Below are positions 58,207 to 64,000 of a stretch of 64,000 bases of DNA, one piece after another. Below the pieces are notes generated by a model that was given only the letters and a program-made list of their open reading frames with translations, was not told where the DNA came from and did no database searches. Every line of letters starts with the position of its first letter. Within the stretch, counting starts at the first letter, position 1. The stretch lies in assembly GCA_045863395.1 (NCBI GenBank), contig BTVJ01000018.1, forward strand, positions 32,001-96,000, written 5' to 3'. The translations under genes and the position numbers were made by a program. This stretch comes from Myxococcales bacterium. Lineage in GTDB: Bacteria > Myxococcota_A > UBA9042 > JABWCM01 > BTVJ01.

Positions 58207-59018
58207 TCCGCGAACACCATGTAGCCGAGGCCGCTCAGGATGAAGTCGAGCACGATCACCGCGAAGGAGCAGTTGACCACGCTGCGGGTGGTCGCCCACC
58301 CCACCCCCTCGCTGCCGCCGGTCGCGTTGAGGCCCGCGTGGCCCGCGATCACCGGGATCGCCGCGCCATAGGCCAGCGCCTTGGACATGCCGACCCACAC
58401 GTCCTCCCACTCGACGAGCGTCATCTTGAGGAAGGTGGCGACCGGGATGTCGAACCCGAAGTGCCCCATGAGCATGCCCGTCAGGGTGGCGACGAGCACC
58501 GCGTAGATGGTCAGCATGAACACCATGACGATGGACGCCACGAAGCGCGGCACGACCAGGTAGTTCACCGGATCGGCGTTCGACATGCGCAGCGCGTCCA
58601 CCTGCTCGGTGACGACCATGCTGCCTATCTCGGCGGCGATGGCGCTCCCCGTGCGGGTCGCGACCATCAGCCCGGTGATTGTCGGGCCGAACTCCCGGAC
58701 CATGGTCTTGATGAAAGCGGGGCCGATCATGGTGAAGTCGGGGAGGATGGTCTTCACCTGGAGCGCCACCTGGAAGATGCTGATCATCCCCAGGAACCCG
58801 AGCGTGGCAGTGATGAACAGGACGCTCTTGTTCCCGATGATGAAGAGCTGCTCCGCGATCTGCCCTCGGGTGCGCCGGCCGACGACCAGGTAGCGGAGCG
58901 TCAAGAAGAAGATGGACCACAGCTCGAGGGCGACGCTCACCGGCCGCACGAAGGGGCCACCGACGGCGGCCAGGGCGCGCTCCACGGCGGACGGGCGTGC
59001 GGAGTCCACGGGCGCCAC
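58203..59018 (-). CDS. mlaE: MCE-system permease (MlaE family), copy 2
   Basis: REFGPTITG, GSAIAAEIGSMVVTEQVDAL, YLVVPR, GVG.ATTRSVV. Confidence 0.93.
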   Translation of the reverse strand: MAPVDSARPSAVERALAAVGGPFVRPVSVALELWSIFFLTLRYLVVGRRTRGQIAEQLFIIGNKSVLFITATLGFLGMISIFQVALQVKTILPDFTMIGPAFIKTMVREFGPTITGLMVATRTGSAIAAEIGSMVVTEQVDALRMSNADPVNYLVVPRFVASIVMVFMLTIYAVLVATLTGMLMGHFGFDIPVATFLKMTLVEWEDVWVGMSKALAYGAAIPVIAGHAGLNATGGSEGVGWATTRSVVNCSFAVIVLDFILSGLGYMVFAE

Positions 59019-59795
59019 CTAGTGCCCCAGGTTGCCGAGGAAGGTCACGAGGTAGTCCACGGCGAAGATGCCGATGGCGCTCGCGACGACGCTCGCGTTG
59101 ACCGCGCGCCCGACCCCCGTGGCGCCGCCCTTCACGGCGAGGCCGAAGTGGCACGAGACGAGCGAGATTGACAGCCCGAAGAAGAAGGCCTTGATGAGCC
59201 CCATCAGGAACTCGTCGAGGAGGTGGCTCTCGAAGACCCCCCAGAAGAACACGCGCCAGTCCACGCGCAGCAGGAACTGGCTCGTGATGGCGCCCCCGAG
59301 CAGCGCGAACAGGTCGCCGAGGCAGGTCAGCAACACGAGCATGACCATCATCGCAAACACCCGCGGCACGACCAGGTAGCGGATGGGATCGATGGCCAGG
59401 GCCCGCAGCGCGTCCACCTGCTCGGTGACGGTCATGGTGCCGAGCTCGGCGGTGTTGTTGGCGCCGACGCGCCCCGAGAACATCAGGCCGATGAGCACCG
59501 GGCCGATCTCGGCGAGGACGGCGAAGCCGGCGCCCCACCCGAGGAGGCCCGTGGCGCCCGTGCGGCGGACGAACTCGCCGCTCTGGATGACCATGATGGC
59601 GCCCGTGAACAGGGCCGTCAGGACGACGATGGGGTAGCTCTTGACCCCGACCTTGTAGAGGTTGCGCCAGGTCTCCCGGCCGTCGAACTGGGGCGGGAAG
59701 AAGGACGCGATCACGCGGCCGAAGATCACCGCCACGCCGCCGGCCTGCTCGGCGATGGTGAGGAACCCCCGGCCGATGGCTGCGACCATCCTCAT
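59019..59795 (-). CDS. mlaE: MCE-system permease (MlaE family), copy 1
   Basis: EIGPVL, GRVGA..TAELGTM.VTEQVDAL, YLVVPR, GVGRAV..SVV. Confidence 0.93.
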   Translation of the reverse strand: MRMVAAIGRGFLTIAEQAGGVAVIFGRVIASFFPPQFDGRETWRNLYKVGVKSYPIVVLTALFTGAIMVIQSGEFVRRTGATGLLGWGAGFAVLAEIGPVLIGLMFSGRVGANNTAELGTMTVTEQVDALRALAIDPIRYLVVPRVFAMMVMLVLLTCLGDLFALLGGAITSQFLLRVDWRVFFWGVFESHLLDEFLMGLIKAFFFGLSISLVSCHFGLAVKGGATGVGRAVNASVVASAIGIFAVDYLVTFLGNLGH

Positions 59796-60529
59796 GCGGC
59801 GAGGCCGTGGTCGGCGCCGGTGAAGAAGGTGTTGACGACGTCATCGGGGCTCGCCGAGCCCTCGGTGAAGGTCCCGTCGAAGCGCACGCGGCCCTCGAAG
59901 ATCAGCAGGTAGCGATCACACACGGCGCGCATGCGGTCGATGTCGTGGCTGATCACCAGGGTCGTCGAGTCCCCCGGGCGGTGCAGCGCCTTGACCAGCG
60001 CGAAGATCTTGGACGACGTCACCGGGTCCAGGCCGGCCGTCGGGTCGTCGTAGAGCAGGATGGGCGCCTCCGCGATGGTCGCCCGCGCCAGTGACACCCG
60101 CTTCTTCATGCCCCCGCTCAGCTCCCGCGGATAGAGGGCGCCCGCGCGGGGGAGATCGACGTCCCGCAGGCGCGCGGCGACCCGCTCGCGGATCTCTCCC
60201 TCGGGCACGCCGTCCTGGGCCAGGGGGAACGCGACGTTCTCGGCGACCGTCATGAAGTCGAACAGCGCGTAGTTCTGGAAGAGCACGCCGTACTGGCGGC
60301 GGACCGCGGCGAGGGCCACCCCGTCCAGACGGGCAAGGTCCTGACCCTGTACCTCGACGGTGCCCCGATCCGGGCGCACGAGCCCACACAGTATCTTCAG
60401 TAGCACGCTCTTCCCGGCGCCGCCCGGCCCGATGACGCCGAGCAGCTCCCCCCGGCGCAGGTGCAGGTCGACGCCATCGAGGACGTGCACGTCTCCGAAG
60501 CGCTTGCAGATGTCACGCGCCAGAATCAC
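59792..60529 (-). CDS. mlaF: MCE-system ABC ATPase A (Walker B catalytic Glu replaced by Asp)
   Basis: GPGGAGKS, FQNYALFD, LSGGMKKRV, LLYDDPTAGLDP, ISHD; GTG after GGAGG, overlapping the upstream TGA. Confidence 0.9.
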   Translation of the reverse strand: MILARDICKRFGDVHVLDGVDLHLRRGELLGVIGPGGAGKSVLLKILCGLVRPDRGTVEVQGQDLARLDGVALAAVRRQYGVLFQNYALFDFMTVAENVAFPLAQDGVPEGEIRERVAARLRDVDLPRAGALYPRELSGGMKKRVSLARATIAEAPILLYDDPTAGLDPVTSSKIFALVKALHRPGDSTTLVISHDIDRMRAVCDRYLLIFEGRVRFDGTFTEGSASPDDVVNTFFTGADHGLAA

Positions 60530-61641
60530 GGGCCGCCTCCGTAGGTCCACGGGACGGTAGGATCGGTCCATGGCGGCGCCGGGCCAGGATCGACGCCCGT
60601 GCGCGCGAGCTCCTTCGCGCGCTGGACCCAGCGAGACTCCGGGCGCTCCCGGGCGAGGCGCTCCGCGAGGGCCGCGGCGTCGGCCCCTCGGCCAGCGCGC
60701 ACGTACAGCTCCGCGAGCTGGAACAGCGCGTCGTCGTACATCTTGCTGAACGGGTACTCGCGCACGAACACCTCGAAGGCAGAGATGGCGCCCGGCAGGT
60801 CGCCCAGCGTGTCCCGCAGGAGCAGCGCGATGCGGTACTGGCTCCGATGGTAGTACAGGGTCTCGTAGTTGCCGAAGAACAGGGGCTTCTCGCGGGTGCG
60901 CACCAACGTCGTCAGGCTGTCGAGCTCCTCCTCGTAGAGAGCGAGGCGGTGCTGCACGTCGGCGCGGAGCCAGAGCGCGTCGTCCCAGAGCGCCTCTCGT
61001 GGGTACACGGTCGTCAGGTCCGTGAGCAGGGCGAGGGCGGCGCGGTCGTCCGCCTCGGTGCCCCGGGCCAAATGGATGCGGGCGCCCTCGAACAGCAGGT
61101 TGTCCGCGAGGGGCGTCCGCCGCAGCGCGTCGAAGCGCGAGCGGTAGAAGCCGAGGAGCCAGTCGCGCCCCTCCGGAGTACCGCCAAAGTGCTGCTGGAG
61201 ATACTGGAGCGCTCGAAGCCCGGCGATGGTGTCCGGGAAGCGGTCGACGACGCGGGTGATGGCGTCGAGGCCCTCCCCTTGCGTCGCAGGCTGGTCGTAG
61301 ACGACGCGCGCCGCGCGAAACACGAGGCGAGCCCGCGCCTCCCGGTCCGCCGTCGCGCGTGAGGCCGCCAGGTAGGCCCGCACGGCGTCCTCGGTGCGCC
61401 CGAGGGCCAGCAGCGCGTCTGCCCGCCCTTGCTCCGTGTCCGTGCGCCCCCGCGCATGGGGTGCGGTCTCGCGCAACGCCCCGTATGCCTCGAGCGCCTC
61501 GTGAGCGTCTCCGCGACGGAGGGCTCGGTCCGCGTCCACGAGCTGAGCCTCCCACGCGACGACGCCAGGGTCCCGGAGGCACCCGAGCATGCCCAGGACG
61601 AGGACGACCACCAGCGCGTGGGGCGCCCACCTGAGCGTCAC
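60526..61641 (-). CDS. TPR lipoprotein (BamD/YbgF-like repeats)
   Basis: Lipobox MLGC; repeated (F/Y)P.S...DDAL TPR motifs; GTGA overlap with suhB. Confidence 0.78.
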   Translation of the reverse strand: MTLRWAPHALVVVLVLGMLGCLRDPGVVAWEAQLVDADRALRRGDAHEALEAYGALRETAPHARGRTDTEQGRADALLALGRTEDAVRAYLAASRATADREARARLVFRAARVVYDQPATQGEGLDAITRVVDRFPDTIAGLRALQYLQQHFGGTPEGRDWLLGFYRSRFDALRRTPLADNLLFEGARIHLARGTEADDRAALALLTDLTTVYPREALWDDALWLRADVQHRLALYEEELDSLTTLVRTREKPLFFGNYETLYYHRSQYRIALLLRDTLGDLPGAISAFEVFVREYPFSKMYDDALFQLAELYVRAGRGADAAALAERLARERPESRWVQRAKELARTGVDPGPAPPWTDPTVPWTYGGGP

Positions 61642-62441
61642 CGTGCGCCCTCGTCGAACAGGACGGCACGGAGCGCCTCGTGAAGGAGGCCGTTGCTCGC
61701 CAGGGTCCGCCGCGCCGAGATGTCGTGAGGGCCCCCGTCGAAGTCGGTCACGGCCCCGCCCGCCTCCGTGATCAGCAAGGTCCCTGCCGCCACGTCCCAC
61801 GGATGCAGCCCCTGCTCCCAGAACCCGTCCGCTCGCCCTGCGGCGATGCAGCACAGGTCGTAGGCAGCCGACCCACTGCGGCGCAGCCCGTGGGCGCTCA
61901 TCAGGGCGCGGCGCACGCGGGCGAGCAGCTCGTCGATGACCTCCCTCCGGTCGTAGGGGAAGCCGGTGACCAGGAGCGCGTCGGCGATGGCGTCGACCCT
62001 GGAGACGCGGATCGGGCGCCCGTTTCGGAACGCGCCGCCCCCCCGGACCGCGTGGAAGGTCTCCTCGTAGAAGGGGGCGTGGACGCACCCGAACACGATC
62101 CGGCCTCGCCGCTCGAGCGCCACGGACACGGCGAACACCGGGTAGCCGTGGATGAAGTTGGTGGTCCCGTCCAGCGGGTCGACGATCCAGCGGTAGCCGC
62201 TCGTCCCCGGCCGTGGCTCACCGGACTCCTCGGCGAACCAGCCATCGTCTGGGAAGGCGCGGGTCACGCACGCGGAGATGTGCGCCTCAGCCTCCCGATC
62301 CGCGTCACTGACGAAGTCGATCTCGCCCTTGCGATCCCACCGCGTGAGCTCCCCGTAGGAGTCCATCAGGATGTCGCCCGCCGTGCGGGCCATGCGCAAG
62401 CCGAGCTCGACGCGCTCGACGAATGCTGGCGTACCTTCCAT
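61638..62441 (-). CDS. suhB: Inositol monophosphatase family protein
   Basis: AEE, WIVDPLDGTTNF, TGFPY, RRSGSAA.DL, WDVAAG. Confidence 0.93.
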   Translation of the reverse strand: MEGTPAFVERVELGLRMARTAGDILMDSYGELTRWDRKGEIDFVSDADREAEAHISACVTRAFPDDGWFAEESGEPRPGTSGYRWIVDPLDGTTNFIHGYPVFAVSVALERRGRIVFGCVHAPFYEETFHAVRGGGAFRNGRPIRVSRVDAIADALLVTGFPYDRREVIDELLARVRRALMSAHGLRRSGSAAYDLCCIAAGRADGFWEQGLHPWDVAAGTLLITEAGGAVTDFDGGPHDISARRTLASNGLLHEALRAVLFDEGAR

Positions 62442-62772
62442 GCAGGAGTCCTCGACAGCGTGTGCACCTGGCGCACAGGACACGGTTGAGCGGTCCGCGA
62501 CCCGTCCGGGGCGGCGACGCAGACCGCCGATGGGCGGAGGAGTATAGGCCACGCGCTGTCCGAAGGGAAGGCGCGGAGAACCACCTTGGCTGGCGGCCCG
62601 ACCATCGGCGTGACGGCGCTGCGGCCCCGGCCCGGGGCACGTCGGCGCTGGTCTCGCGCGCCCCATACCCGACCGCCGGACGGCCCTCACCCTTGACGAG
62701 AGAGTCGCCCATGGTACCGTACCCGTCCGCTGTCCCACCCGGCCCCCTCGCGGGATCCCGACGGAGGTCACG

Positions 62773-63741
62773 ATGATGAAACGACAACTGGTGGCGGGGC
62801 TCGCGCTCGCCCTGGCCTTCGTCACGCCGGCCCTGGCCGAGCCCGTGACCGGCGACTGGATGAGTCGCCCTTCCGAGAGCTTCGGCAACACGGTCACGCA
62901 CCGGCTCCAGCTCACGACCGACGGGGCCGCCGTAAAGGGAGACCTGACGGTCACCACGTCCATGCCCGTGCCGCTGTCGAGCTGGGTGGACCGCTTCTGC
63001 AACGGAAACGAGGTGCTGGAGCAAATCGTCCGCTACCGGGTCACCGGGACCCAGGCGGGCTCCCGCCTCGACCTGCGCTACCAGGGCCCGAAGATCGAGT
63101 CCTGTACCTGCGAGTCCAAGTGCATCGTCAAGGACCGCTCGGGCAGCATCTCCGCCGCGATCAACGGCGCTCAGTTGGTCTGGGGTGACCGCATCCTCTA
63201 CGGTGCCATTGCGTCCCAGGACGGACAGGCGACGGTCCCCGAGGAGCTGCCCCCGGCTGACCTCCCAGTCACGGGGTCCTGGACCACGGCCCCCACGTCC
63301 AGCCTGGACGTCACCACCACGCGGCTGTTGGACCTGCAGGACCAAGGGGGTGTGATCGCGGGGACCTACGCAGAGCGCACGATGCGCCCGTTCCCCCTGT
63401 CGAGCTGGCGCGACCGCTTCTGCGGTGGCTCCGAGGCCTGGGAGATGGTCGAGCAGTGGGAGGTCAAGGGCACGAGGCGCCTGGACGCCGTGACCATCGA
63501 GGCGGGGAAGGGCCGCATCACCGTGTGCTCTTGTCCGCAGAAGTGTCGGGCGTCGTCTCGCGGAGCAACGCTGTCGCTCAAGGTGACGGCGGATGGGCAG
63601 CAGCTCCGGGGCGACACGGGGGTGTACGGCCGGGCCGCCGTACCGCCACCGCTCCCGGCACCCACGCTGCTCCCGGACCCGACGGACGCGCCACCCACTC
63701 TGGACGCCTACCCCCAGGCGAGCCCCGCGCCCACCCCGTAG
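62773..63741 (+). CDS. Secreted protein with two tandem ~120-aa Cys-containing domains and a Pro-rich tail
   Basis: Signal peptide ...TPALA; duplicated VTG.W...PLSSW.DRFC.G.E...V.GT...I..C.C..KC; GGAGG RBS. Confidence 0.8.
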   Translation: MMKRQLVAGLALALAFVTPALAEPVTGDWMSRPSESFGNTVTHRLQLTTDGAAVKGDLTVTTSMPVPLSSWVDRFCNGNEVLEQIVRYRVTGTQAGSRLDLRYQGPKIESCTCESKCIVKDRSGSISAAINGAQLVWGDRILYGAIASQDGQATVPEELPPADLPVTGSWTTAPTSSLDVTTTRLLDLQDQGGVIAGTYAERTMRPFPLSSWRDRFCGGSEAWEMVEQWEVKGTRRLDAVTIEAGKGRITVCSCPQKCRASSRGATLSLKVTADGQQLRGDTGVYGRAAVPPPLPAPTLLPDPTDAPPTLDAYPQASPAPTP

Positions 63742-63854
63742 CGGCGGCTCGCTCGACCGCGCTGGAAGATGTGCGCTCCGTCGCCCCTTGCAGCAGACGA
63801 AAGTTGACGCCCCAGCCCGCAGCGGGCAGGTTTGGATTCAGGAGGCGCACAGCC

Positions 63855-64000
63855 ATGAACAGAGTCTTTCGAACCGCGCTCGCCGGAGCGCTGGTCGCCG
63901 CGGCCGCGTGCCACTCGACGGTCGCCCCTGACTCCGCACCGCCTGGCGCACACCCGGAGGGAGGCGCCGAAGCCGCGGGCACCAAGGAATCCGGCAAGCC
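63855..64000 (+). CDS. Partial lipoprotein, runs off the window end
   Basis: AGGAGG RBS, MNRVFRTALAGALVAAAAC lipobox, open to the window end. Confidence 0.6.
   Translation, partial: MNRVFRTALAGALVAAAACHSTVAPDSAPPGAHPEGGAEAAGTKESGK

Noticed and set aside
57463..63002. Long N-terminal extensions in the ORF track for mlaF (793 and 625 aa), the TPR lipoprotein and suhB (likewise pstS and PBP1A elsewhere)
   Set aside because: The extensions overlap upstream genes or are Arg/Pro/Gly-rich noise; internal starts with an RBS or GTGA/ATGA coupling fit family lengths

Overview
Very GC-rich (about 70% or more by eye), densely coded bacterial DNA. The gene content points to a Myxococcota-like deltaproteobacterium: a GltG/AgmX-like TonB-C protein, a CglB-like VWA lipoprotein, Cys-rich surface lipoproteins and FHA proteins. 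About 51 CDS can be supported. I found no rRNA, tRNA, CRISPR array, IS element or integrase. Blocks in order: (1) 0-13 kb, surface and secreted proteins: an FG-GAP lipoprotein, an M4/M36-type metalloprotease whose FTP/PepSY propeptide is a separate gene, a trimeric-fibre-like protein with two pentraxin-like domains, and a CDDGDxCT-repeat lipoprotein. (2) 13-18 kb, a four-gene TPAT (TatT-containing TRAP) transporter. (3) 18-27 kb, the most unusual locus: a self-promoted 'baseplate-only' contractile-injection-system operon (Zn-ribbon, gp25, baseplate-J, PASTA-gpI fusion, fibre-anchor/jelly-roll protein) with no sheath, tube or spike in the window. It is followed by two FHA proteins that lack the pThr-binding Arg and a Yip1-like membrane protein. 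(4) 27-36 kb, VWA and Kazal lipoproteins, degenerate YyaL and PqaA homologues, a metallophosphoesterase and Mrp. (5) 36-43 kb, phoBR-pstSCAB-phoU with Pho boxes. (6) 43-56 kb, a PBP1A/FG-GAP/SBP/histidine-kinase operon, tatA, TPR proteins and a gltG-like gene. (7) 56-64 kb, an MCE/Mla transporter with two permeases and two ATPases carrying complementary degenerate motifs, suhB and secreted proteins. All family calls come from motif recognition by eye, not database searches. Many start codons were re-picked using RBS position and gene overlaps.
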